Part shown: positions 48,632 to 64,000 of the stretch, in pieces
Position numbering within the stretch: the stretch's first letter is position 1
Layout: every line of letters starts with the position of its first letter
From: Hormiphora californensis
Taxonomy: Eukaryota > Animalia > Ctenophora
Length of the DNA stretch: 64,000 nt
Direction: 5' to 3'
Assembly: GCA_020137815.1 (NCBI GenBank)
Contig: CM035359.1
Location: forward strand, 4,402,001 to 4,466,000
The notes under the pieces: generated by a model
What the model saw: only the letters and a program-made list of their open reading frames with translations
What the model was told of the DNA's origin: nothing
The model's database searches: none
Position numbers and translations under genes: made by a program

Positions 48632-51600
48632 GCTACCACGGTGGGTAGTGGCACTGAGCCGAAATTAAATATATAATATCAAGAAAACTGAACCACACGG
48701 ACCAAACTAAGTGGGGATTCGGGACGGTGTAACACAGCTAGATGCTCGAAGACAAGGAGTCTTATGTGTGCATATAACCATGGTACACCATCCCGTTACC
48801 CACCATGTCCTTACAAACAAATGCAGCGGAAAGAAAATAGGCAATATATATAGAAAAATAGATTTCTCTTTCTTGCACTCACTCTGTCTCTATCTCACTC
48901 TCACTCTGATCTGGATCTCACTCTGACTCTATCTCTCTCTGACTCTGAATCTCTCTCTGACTCTGAATCTCTCTCTGACTCTCCCTCGCTCTCCGACTCT
49001 CTCTCGCTCTCCCTCTCACACTCAATCTCAACAATTGAATCTCTTCTAATTCGCCAAACTTTCTCAGGTTCATGTTCTCTCCTTTCTCGTAGTCTCGCTA
49101 CTAAAGCTCGCCGTTCAGTTCTCTCCGCAACAGTCCTGTCAGAGGCGATGTACACTGTCTGATACAAATCAGAGTCTTTCAGCTGAGATGATTTACGAAG
49201 AACTGTCCTGGCTGCCTCTCTGGTCCTCAGCACCACTCGAACAGGTCGCGCTTTCACACTACTCCTCCCAAGTCTTTCAACTTTCGATAGAACTGGAGCC
49301 TCACCAAGCTCCTGGAATACTCCCTTTATCTTGTCATGATCGGTGCTATCAGTTGATTCAGGTAGTCCGTAAACTATCAGGTTGGTGGTGCGATCCTCTG
49401 AAGCATTGTCAATGGCTGTCCGGATCTTGCTGGGGGCAAGAGCAGATACACAGGTCTCTTTAACAGCGGTGGCAGCAGACTCTAAAACAGAAGAATAGCT
49501 CTGGATCTCCTCCTTCACTACTGTCTGCACAGCATTGACACTCGTCTCCAGTAGGGAATCCTTCATGGAGATGATGGAGTCTTTTAGGGCACTCACTTCA
49601 TCCTGTAGAGCGATAATTTTCCGGTCCCGCTCCAACAGTTCATCCTTGGTGGCGTGAAGACGATCCCTGGTGGTCTTCAGATCATCTAGAACTTGGTTGT
49701 CGACAACCTCATTCCTCTCTCTCTTCTTTTCTAATTGTTTCATTGACAGTCGTGCTAGGGGCAGAGATCGGTACCAAAGAAGACCAGCCATGTCCCCGAT
49801 TATCTTTATCTTCTTGTTGGTGTCTAGCTTGTTCAGGCAAGCGCTCGTCAACTTGTTCGGATCAAACTCACTTCCCTCATTGTGGGGTTCATGGTACCCC
49901 GTGGCACGACGTAGTGTAGCAATAATAGAGGTCTCTAGTCTCTTCAGGTCAACTGTGGTAGCATTTTCAACTGGGCATCCGGGTCGCTAACTGGAGAAGG
50001 TGCGATCCATCTCCGTGTGTTAAAGCTTCAAGTTTGTACAACAGCAAGATCGGTTGAACAAAGGTTGCAATCAGCAGCGAGCTGGAGCAACAAAACTGAT
50101 AAGCGATATGTGAGGAAATCCCATCCATACCCATATTTGGGCAATAATAACCGTGACACCTCGTTACTCTCAGGTCAGGCAGAGGAATGTTCCAAATACC
50201 AGAACATTCTTCACAGAAACCTGGTCTACTTAGCTACAATTGCTGATTCAAACAACCAAGCGGCACAAGGTTTGTTACAAGACACGTGTAAAATACAGTA
50301 AATGAATTATCTTGCATAAATCTCATGTACTAAACGTCATATACTTTGTTGTGCAGGTGGAATGGATTACGGACCAAAAGGTGGACCCCCTCCTACCGGA
50401 CCCGGTCCTGATCAAGCTGGATCAACTGTACCTCACCACCCCGGCCCCCAGTAAGCATACATTGTACATTGTACAGTATACTATCCTTGTTATGTTCTAA
50501 CCCTCCTTTACATTTGCACGAAACAGAGTCTAGCTAGGCAAATACTATCCCACAGTAAGGCACAGTAATCCTGTAGCAATCATGCCCCCAACTTATTTGG
50601 ACCTTGATCCACCCCTAACATGTGTATGATAATACTACTACTGCACTGGCTAACCCTTTTCCTCCTCCCCTTATGTCCAGGTATGAGCAGTACCGGCAGT
50701 TTGGGCCACAGTACAGGCCCCCTGCTGGGTACTACCCGCCAGGCTATATGGGTGGCCCACAGCAGGGATATCCAGCTGGACCTCCTCCACAGTTCCAACC
50801 CCAGGTCCAAATGCAGATCCAACAAGCTCAGATGATGCAAATGAGGGTAAGGAGAGATCCCACCAATAAATGTAATGTGGTTAGAATTTATTTTTAGTTA
50901 GAATTCAGATTTTCATATTGCTTCTACTGTTATTATAACCCCCTCCTCCCCCTCCCAGGCCCACCAGATGGGGTATGGACCAGGGAAGGGATACCCGCCA
51001 GGATACCAGCCTGGACAGCAGCCCCCACCCGGGTACCCAGGAGCCCAATATAGAGCCCCAGGTCAGTCCCCCCAATATAGGGCTCTACCTCCAGGTCAGT
51101 TGTACACGTGGTATGTGTGTGGAATCATGAATCGTATAGTTGATTGATTGGATGTATTGATTGGTTGTATTGCTTAGATAGATCGATTGTAATTGGATGA
51201 TTTAAAATGTTTGCATCATTTGTATATAAAATTGAAACCAGCATTATTATTTACAATCGATAAGAAAGCCATGTGTTCCCAAAGTCCTAACCCAGATCTA
51301 AATCCCCACAGGACAGTATCCACCTAACTACTTTCCACCCCAAATGCCACCAAGCTCTCAGGCGATGGGCCCTCCTAGCTCCAGTCCCAACCAGCAACCC
51401 CCGGGCACGCCCCAACCCGGAACACCCGGTGGAGCCGCCTCACCCGGCCAGATGCAACCCATGTCGACAATGGCCGGACCGATCCCAAACCAAGGGGGTC
51501 CACCACAGGGCCATGACATCCGAGGTAAAACTTCTTACTAGACATTTTATTCTTTCCGATCCCAACCGAGTCCTAACCCGATAATTTCCCCCCTCTCCAG

Positions 51601-51875
51601 CTAACCCCCTAATTTCTCCCTAAGGTCCTGGCGGAATACCGGTGACTAGTGGTGGCCCCGCTCCCAACGTATCCATGCCGCAATGGGGCCCACGAGGCCC
51701 AATGAGGCCAAAAGGACCCATCCCTAACACGACTGTAGGTGGCCCACCGCCCATGGGCCAAACTACGCTGGGACCGAGTCTTCCCGGCGCTGAACCAATG
51801 GGGGAACTAAAACAAGAAAACTTGAAATTACCTTCCGAGCTGGGGAGCGGTATCGACAATGAGGACAACTCATAG
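48414..51875 (+). CDS. SS18: SS18/SSXT (BAF complex subunit) homolog, ~7 exons
   Basis: Exon 48414-48558 (IQKMLDENHQLI) and exon 50174-50269 (CSKYQNILHRNLVYLATIADS) form the SNH domain, followed by QPGY-rich exons at ~50357-50450, 50681-50846, 50959-51093, 51311-51523 and 51625-51875. Confidence 0.9.
48600..50050 (-). mobile_element. Internally deleted LINE (CR1/L2-type ORF1) in SS18 intron 1
   Basis: ORF 48901..49851 with a coiled coil and an RTTNLIVYGLPES..RPVRV..VYIASDRT ORF1 motif; (TTGA)n tail at 48600-48630; no RT present. Confidence 0.75.
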
Positions 51876-52449
51876 AGACAGATGTTGTCACATTATATAT
51901 TGCACCAATGATTGAATAATTACCACATGCGAAATCACTTTTTGATATACGTAGCTCCCTTTTTGATACATGTAGCCTTGAGTTAGAAAACACGCTTTTA
52001 TCGTTCCCCCGGCGGATTATTTTATTTAGATTTTTCACCGGATTAGCTAATTTATTGGTAGTATTATCCTGCAACTTAGTGTTTAAACACTTCTCTACAG
52101 CTGTATTAAACAAATCTACCAAAAAGATGTCAGATACGACCTGTGTCCATGTGTGTGTGTGTGTGTGTATGTGCTTGTTTATATATTTAGCTCACGCAAT
52201 ATCAAATTTATATAATATCCTAAATGTTGCTGAATGAAAAAAGAAGGACGTGAGAAAAGAGGAGAGACACAGTGCATAGTTTACAATTTATTTGTTTTTA
52301 AGATGAATTTATTCAACTTTATTCTAATCTTTATATCGACTAAAATCATCTTTTCCCCATTCTACAACCAACCATCCACGTTCATTCTAATTCTCCCTCC
52401 CCCTCCTATGAACATGATCCCTCTACCTCAGCATTTCACTATTAATTAA

Positions 52450-56391
<3,942 letters not shown>

Positions 56392-56945
56392 AGGGTATGA
56401 CGTCATATCGTGATGACGTCATTATATCGTGATGATGTCATGTCACGTGATCAGGGTTGCTTCAGATCCACGCCACCTTTAAATGTGTGGCGTGGGGGAC
56501 TAATCACTTGCACAATGTTGTTAACTCGGCTGTGCGGGTTAATTAACTAATTAGTACTTAATTGGTAGTATTAGTTAACTAATTAGTAATGTGGGTGTAG
56601 TATATAATTACAAGTTAATTGATTAATTTGATATTATAGATGTTTGAACACAACAGAGAGAGAGGCGTGTAATATGTCGTTGAGATATGACAAAAGTTTC
56701 TCCGTTTTTATTCACTCGAGGAAACTTGAGAACGTTGATCTTAAATCCCGTTTTACGATTTAATTGCCAAAGGAATCCTAAATGTATGAGTTTTCCCTGT
56801 TATATTACTATTGACGTGGGCATTGAAGTGGTAAAATAAGGAGGGACACTCGGCGGGACCATGTGCTTGAGCTGCTGCAGCCGATTGTTTAAAGTATAAC
56901 TTATTTGCTCTATTGATACAAAATTAGAGAGATGTGTTGTTTTAC

Positions 56946-57188
56946 TGTATGGCGGCGCCATACCTTGGTTACGAAGTAACCCCTTGCCAGCGCGCGCGAA
57001 GGTCGCCCGGCGACTGTCAGAGCATTGGCCTGACCCATTCTCGCTTCGGAGCGCGCGAGAACTGTGGTCAGAGCATTGGCCTGACAGCCCGGCGACCTGA
57101 GCTAAACAGAGTGTGAGGTGTCTTCGATACCAACGCCATACCCCATTTGATTCTCAGTGCGCTCAGATGGGTTCGCGGCGCCAGACAG
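56946..57188. mobile_element. Short MITE-like element; deleted relative at ~5143-5206
   Basis: Imperfect TIRs CTGTATGGCGGCGCC / GCGGCGCCAGACAG; internal ATTTGATTCTCAG..ATGGG shared with ~5143-5206. Confidence 0.5.
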
Positions 57189-57547
57189 TTAAGTTTTATG
57201 ATGATTTGTGATACATTAGTTTTGAGTCACCGTTATACAGCGTGTTTATAACTTTGTTGGGAGTCTATTCAGGTATAACTGTTATACAGGGGGACCCCCT
57301 GAGGGGGTGGATTGGGGTGGTGGAGTATCAGTAAGGGGTAGTACAAGGGAGGGCCCCTCCCTTGTACTATGTTACCTCCCTTGTACTATGTTACCTGTCA
57401 CCCCCCCCCCCCCCCTCCCGGAGGGGGGGGTGACAGGTAACATAACGTGTCACCCCCCCCCCCCCCCCCCCCCAGTACAAGCACCCACCAAGTTGTACGG
57501 GTACATTCCGGGATTCACACATACACAGTGTGAATCACACATACAAA

Positions 57548-57605
<58 letters not shown>

Positions 57606-59335
57606 TCACACACACACAAACGTCACACACACACACACACACACACACCACAGGAGCTCTTGGGGAAGTATTTGATATTTCTGTCGACTTCTCAGTTGCC
57701 CAGTTCTGCGCCCTCCAGCCTGGCTCGAAGCCTAAATACCAACCTATCAACAGAAAGGGTAAGGGCGATGACCCAACCATTGCAGTACTATGCCTTGGAA
57801 CTGACGAGAGGTGCTTCTTGCTGAGAAAGAAGAGAACTATCAGGAGATGCTCCCTGAAAGCAGGTGACATGCTTCTTGTTAGCGGCGACACCCATGACGT
57901 CGAATGGTCTGTTGAGAAAGAAGGCGTAACAGGCGACAACACTCCTAGCTGTTGCTTCCTCTTCCTTGGGGGATCTTACTCCCCTTGCCCTAATATGATC
58001 TCGGGTAGCGAGAGTGGAAGCGCCCAGTCTGATTACCCGGAATCTGACACACCCCTTAGCGACTATGTTGCATCTATAAATGGAGATCTTGATGCGATTG
58101 AAACACCCTCCCTGACGAGGGATTCTATCGTCATGCTATCACAAACATCCAGTGAAGCCAAGCCGATCCCTGAACCCCCGTTCCCCGGGGCCCCTCCGCT
58201 AAAGCTACATGAACTAGATCTCCAGCCTCCACTCACAAACCTCAACTCACCCACAGACCTTCCCCTGACACCTCTTGAAACCACCATCATACAGAAAACA
58301 GAGATTGGCATAATTGACGTGAAGACAGAGATCGACTCACTGAAAACGGAGCTGAAGGAAGTTAAAGCTCTAGTCTTGGACCTCACGCAGAAGCCCAGCA
58401 TGGAAAGGACAATATCAGAACTGTCAAAGCAAGTAAACCAAATATCCACCATGTTTGAAGCGGATAATTTAGGTGACAAGCTCGAGAAAATGTGTCTTGC
58501 AGTGGAAAAGAAAGTGGTATCCATGACTGAGCAAGCTGATGAGGCTCAAAAGTACCTTGAGGAAACTAAAAACGATCTCTGCAAGTACTACAATAGTGCT
58601 TTCTTTCAAGAGGACAGCAGACTTATTAAGGAACTACATGAAAAGGTCACAAGGCCAAGGATGGAGTCGGTGCCACCACCACCACCTGCTCAAGCGCTAT
58701 TATGGCCAGAAAGACGAACCACGGAGCCAAGAAGAACCACAGGAGCCAACAGAACCGCAGAAGCCAACAGATCCCAAATCATCATCAAAGGGAAACTCCC
58801 AACCTTCTCAGAAAGGCCCAGCAATTTAAAAACTGTGTTAGTGACGGACAGCATATTGAGACACATAACCAGCGGTGATGCCCTGGGGACCGGGCACTCT
58901 CTAAACGTCATTCATAGAAGGTCATGGGAAACACTGAACCACAAGTCTCGTGAGACATTAGATGAACTAATAGCTCTGCAACCACACTTCATCTATATCC
59001 ACCTTGGTGTAAATGATCATTACTACTTGCAGGATGAGGAATTTGCATCTGATGAAGTATGGGTGAAAGCTACTGAATTCCTGCAAAATCTCGAACAGGA
59101 ACTTCCCAATACAAGCATAACCGTTTCCCTGCCACTTCTTACTAACCACAGCTCCTCGAATACGAGGCTTATCCAATTCCGGGTCAAAATGAGGAGCTTC
59201 TGTCGTGATAACAACTTCTGTTACGAGAACCACAAGAACTTCAAGGCCCACTTCCTTGCGAGCGATGGACTTCATCCCAGTGACAGAGGCAAGGACCTGC
59301 TCCTGAATAACATGCGGTTCAAAATTCACTTCTTA

Positions 59336-59560
59336 CAGTGGTCATCCGACATAATTGCCATACCTCGACGTGAAATTCGACCTGAATCTCGACCTGGAAT
59401 GAGGCGCGCATTCGTAGTGAGCGAGACACAAAGACTAACGAGAGAGAAGAGTTGAAGCGCGACACCATTTGCTTACTGCGGCACATCTCTCTGATGCGCG
59501 CCTCATTCCAGGTCGAGATTCAGGTCGAATTTCACGTCGGGATATGTCGGATGACCACTG
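59336..59560. mobile_element. 225-bp hairpin MITE (TTA TSD) at the end of LINE ORF1
   Basis: CAGTGGTCATCCGACATA...TATGTCGGATGACCACTG with ~70-bp arms; removal restores ...IHFLTKQLTTTPARADC*. Confidence 0.8.
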
Positions 59561-61897
59561 TTAACCAAACAATTAACCACCACACCTGCCCGGGCGGACT
59601 GCTAATCTTCCCGTTCTCTTAGACCCTTGTGCATTTTTAATTATTTTATGATGAAGTCAAATCGGTATGTAAGTAACTCTCTGAGAATTCTGTCCTGGAA
59701 TATAGCCTCGATAACCTCAAACGGCACAACCAAGCTTGCAGATGAAGACACGGAAAGGCTTCTTAGCTCACATGACATAGTATGCCTACAGGAGGTCTGG
59801 AAGCAGGTACCGGTTACCAACTTCAGAGGCTACTTTAGCCTCAGGCACAACAATAGCTCCGGAGGAGTCGCTATACTAATTAAGAACAACCTATCACCGG
59901 GTTTATCCATCATCAAAACCAACAACCCGGACATCTTGGTAGCCCAGCTCGATCATACCTTCTTCAATGTGAAACGGGATATCTACATCATCAACGTCTA
60001 CGCCCGGCCTGAGAACTCATCCGGGGACTCCATCATTACTGGTGTAAACACCATTCAGGACTGCTACGATACTATATGTAAGCTTCCAGCCAGTGTTGAA
60101 ATCCTTCTTTGCGGTGATTTCAACGCCAGAATTGGAGCTGCACTCTGCCAAGTGACCGAGTTCGAAAACACTCATGTGCCTGTTTCACCCCAGTATGAAG
60201 CTGACATAATTCTACCCCGGACCTCACAAGATAGCGATACTAACAAACAAGGAAAGTACTTCAAGGATCTTATCACCGATAACCAATTAGTCATCCTGAA
60301 CGGCCGAACTTTGGGTGACCTGACAGGAGCATTTACTAGTATTCAGAGACAGGGCTGCTCCGTAGTCGATTATGTGGCTACGTCGCGAGAGCTCTTCCAA
60401 TCTGTTGAGCACATGAAAGTAGGCAGCCTCCTCCCCACCTCGGACCATCGTCCTCTTACTACCCTTTTAAGATGTTCGTATCAAGCCAACGCTATAGGAA
60501 GCATGGAACGCTCTTACGATAAGGCCCCCAGTAGGTTTATTCTTACATCCACGGGAAAATCTCTTTTCCGAAATCTTCAGAAGGAGTCTGATACTGTACT
60601 CGAGGATATCACCAACAAGCTAGCGGACCCCACTGATCCTGTTCTAGCATACACGGGGATGGTAAACCACCTCCGCAGACTCTGCAACACTTCGTTCAAG
60701 GTATCTAACCCAGGCTTCTAAAAAAGCACATTCTACTCAACCGTGGCACAATCGGAACATCAAGGAGGCGAGGAAACTACTAGGAAAAGCAACTTCACTT
60801 ACGGACTCATTCCCAGATAAAACCAAGCTTAAGGAACTCTACTACCGCATCAAAGGCAGGTACAAAAAACTCATCAGGAATTCAAAGACTCGTTACACAT
60901 CGAAACTCAACGACGACATCGAGGAGGGAAAAATTCTTAACTGGCAAGCGTTCCACAAGGTAAAGAAACTTAAGACCCACAGTGAGCAGTTTAATACAGT
61001 GGATATGGAGAACTTTGAATCCTTCTTCACAAATCTATACTCCGATACCCATGCAACCTTAACAGTTGAGGAGAAAAACGCTATGCTCCAAGAAGCCGAT
61101 GGAATCAACCACCACAACTCCAGGAACCTAGATGAAGCTGCCCTTGCTCTTAACACTGATATCTCCATCCAAGAAATATCAGGCTGCATTCGAAGCCTCA
61201 AGTGTGGAAAAGCAGCTGGAGATGACATGTTCTCCAATGACATTCTGAAGACCCTTGATGATCGACACGTCGAGATACTTACCGAAATCCTCAACAACTG
61301 TTTCAAGACTGGAACTTATCCCTGGACGAATAGCATCATTACACCATTACACAAAAAAGGTCCACGTGGAGACCCCGACAATTATAGAGCTGTGTCGGTA
61401 GGCAGTGCTATAGGAAAGATATTCAGCACGGTCATGCTGGACAGGTTAGTCCAGTTCAGAGAAGTAAAGTGCCCCGATCCCATCAACCAACTAGGTTTCA
61501 AAAAGGGAGCACAAACGTGCGATCACGTCGTTTCCCTCATGACTCTTGTTCAAAAATATCGCAAGAGCAAGACCCCTCTCTTTGCAACTTACGTGGACTT
61601 TAAAAAAGCGTTTGACAGTGTTCCACGTCAGGCACTTTTCCTAAAACTATCGAAACTTGGTATATGTGGAAACTTCTTCAATGTTCTCCGGAATATGTAC
61701 TCCAACTCAACAGCCCAAATAAAACTGTCGGGTCACCTTAGTCATAGATTCAGGATACTTAAAGGGACTGAGCAGGGCCACCCGCTCAGTCCTGAACTTT
61801 TTAAACTCTTTCTCTTGGAGCTCTCTGACACCTTAAACACCAAAGACCACAAAAACCCACCCTACCTGGGAAAGATTCCAGTAACCCACCTATTATG

Positions 61898-62440
61898 TTG
61901 GATCCATCGCATCCTATTCTCGCTCCGCGAATAATAGGATCCCGGTCCGTTGAGAGCAAGAACTCACGTGCGCGCGATATAAAGCACGTTTTCAGCAGAT
62001 CGCGCGTGATAGACCGTTTTTGGAGACCTTTTTAGCTGACCTAGCACTACTCAAAGGTCAATTATGGCATCATTTCGCATCGTGATGAATCGGCGGGTAT
62101 TTTCCCATACTCACAAGGCCATGACGATTCCCCCAGTACCCGCAGATTGTCCCAGGACCGAGTAGGAGCTTGCAGCCAGGTCTTTAAAGAATTGCTCATG
62201 TTTAGCGTCAATTTTGACCCACTATTCCTCAAATGCTGATACTCGCGGGTATTTTCCGTAAAACTAGAGACAATTATCTGCCAGGAGCAACAAACGAGAT
62301 GCAAATCGGTTCAGTAGTTCCTTGCAGCCAGGTCTTTGAAAAAGTTTGCTCTAAAATCAATAACGCGCCGGAGGCCTAGATGTGAGATCGATCTCGGTCG
62401 CTGCGCGACCTCGATCTCACTCAGGCATCAATGTGGCCAA
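61898..62440. mobile_element. 543-bp insertion with 9-bp TSD (Mutator-like) in the LINE RT active-site motif
   Basis: TSD CCTATTATG at 61889-61897 and 62441-62449; weak TTGG...CCAA termini. Confidence 0.75.
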
Positions 62441-64000
62441 CCTATTATGGACGGATGACCTGATCCTACTCTCTTTGAACATTCAAGACGCCCAAGAACA
62501 AGTCAATAAACTCCACAATTACTGCCAAAAGTGGGGACTCGAAGTCAATAGCCTCAAAACTAAACTCATGACCTTCAACAACCGTCACAATCTGCAATTC
62601 TCTCTGAAGCTAGGTCATGAAGCTATTCATCAAGTGGAAAACTACTGCTACCTTGGACTGAATATTTCATCCACTGGAGACTTCAGTAAAGCCGCCTCAA
62701 GTGACCTCACCACAAAGGCAACCCGGGCCATGTACGGCTTGCGTGGCACCATTATGAAGGAGCAGCTTTCCTTCAAATCAACACTTAGCCTTTTCAACGC
62801 CCTCATCAAACCGATTGCACTTTACGGAGCGCCAATCTGGTCACCCCAGCTGCCGGAGGCCAAGACTACCATCAAGAATATTGGCTCCAATGACCCAACT
62901 TTAATCAGGAAACTCTCAAGTAGCAAACTTAACAGATTGCATCTCTCTTATCTCAAGTGGACAATGGGAGTCAACAGGAAGACTACAAACGCCGCAGTTT
63001 ATGGAGACACCGGCACACGACCCCTATCTCTAGAGGCTCTGGATATCACCATTAAATACCTCCAACGGATAGCCAAGCTACCATCCAGTGGAACTAGCCT
63101 CGTACATCAAGCCTACATTGAACAAAGGACACGAGACCTGCCGTGGTACAACTCCCTACGACCTCTCCTAGAGAGAGACCCAATTTACAGCCAGGATCAT
63201 GTATCGGCACATAAAACACTCACTTCAAAAACTAACCTCACGACCAACACCACTTATTTACCTCCCACTCTCGACGTCAAACCTCTCATTTCCCAGAAGT
63301 TTCGAATAGATATAATCCTTTCATGCCTGAGGGACACCTTCAACGGGAGCTGGGTAGCAGCGACAACCAACTCTTCAAAACTCTCGTTTTACAACACCTG
63401 CGAAAAATTGGACCAACCTACCTTGAGATCGTACCTGGGACTGAACAACTGCAACTACCGATCTTCTATCGCCAAACTGAAAAGTAGCTCCCACCCTCTC
63501 AAAATAGAAACCGGACGGTACACCAACATCCCCAGAGACAACCGCTACTGCCCCTGGTGCGAGAGCTTGAAGATCTATGAAGTAGAGACTGAGGAACATG
63601 CTCTGGACCACTGCAGCCTCTACGAAGACAGCCGAGACAACTTGAGGAAAGACCCGGAAATTTTCCTTTTATCACATCACTCACTCACGAACATCTTCCA
63701 CAATCTTCATAACTACACCCCGCGGATCGCAGGCCTGGTGGCGTGTTTTACTCACGCCATCATTTCAACTCGCGAAAAATTTGCTAAAGGACATTAACCG
63801 GCTTAGCTGCCTCACGCCACTTAGGACAAACTTCACTACACTCCTGACTAATTATCTTTGTGCTATATTACTGTGTTATATTCCCAGAATCTGGAGCACC
63901 AACCTGACACCCTCTGTCCTTGGATGTCGACAGGTTGATGCTCCAACATTCTTACGCACCGGGAAACCCGTGCAGAATTATTTTAAAACCGTGTCAAACC

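Larger units (their letters stand above)
57530..63797 (+). mobile_element. Decayed non-LTR retrotransposon (CR1/L2 group): ORF1 (AlkB-like, coiled coil, SGNH esterase) and ORF2 (APE endonuclease, RT)
   Basis: ORF1: VTDSILRH, HLGVND, DGLHPS. ORF2: SWNI, CLQE, GDFNAR, SVVDY, SDHRP, NYRAV, QLGFKKG, DFKKAFDSV, GTEQGHPLSP, LLWTDD and a C-terminal CxxC..EH..C. Frameshift at ~60719 and two MITE insertions. Confidence 0.92.

Overview
Intron-rich, repeat-rich animal genomic DNA with a 100-N assembly gap at 25707-25806. The repeat families and gene structure suggest a ctenophore (Pleurobrachia-like), but this is an inference from memory. The minus strand carries a ~27-kb multi-exon MICAL gene (monooxygenase-CH-LIM-disordered tail, 33929->7095) with a nested intronless secreted beta/gamma-crystallin gene, plus the 5' exons of an unidentified gene (4063->3465). 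The plus strand carries a tight co-directional cluster: HSD11B1-like SDR (split by a foldback transposon), two disabled BTB-domain paralogs, BAP18/C17orf49, SS18 and SRP54. The last five each have a splice acceptor just before the ATG, making this a candidate trans-spliced operon. A decayed LINE follows, whose ORF1 joins an AlkB-like fold, a coiled coil and an SGNH esterase. There are many MITEs, foldbacks and Helitron-like elements. The most striking pattern is that the tandem repeats in MICAL are amplified exon/intron junctions: one donor ~68x, another ~6x, one acceptor ~14x and two acceptors 2x. All calls are by eye; no searches were run.
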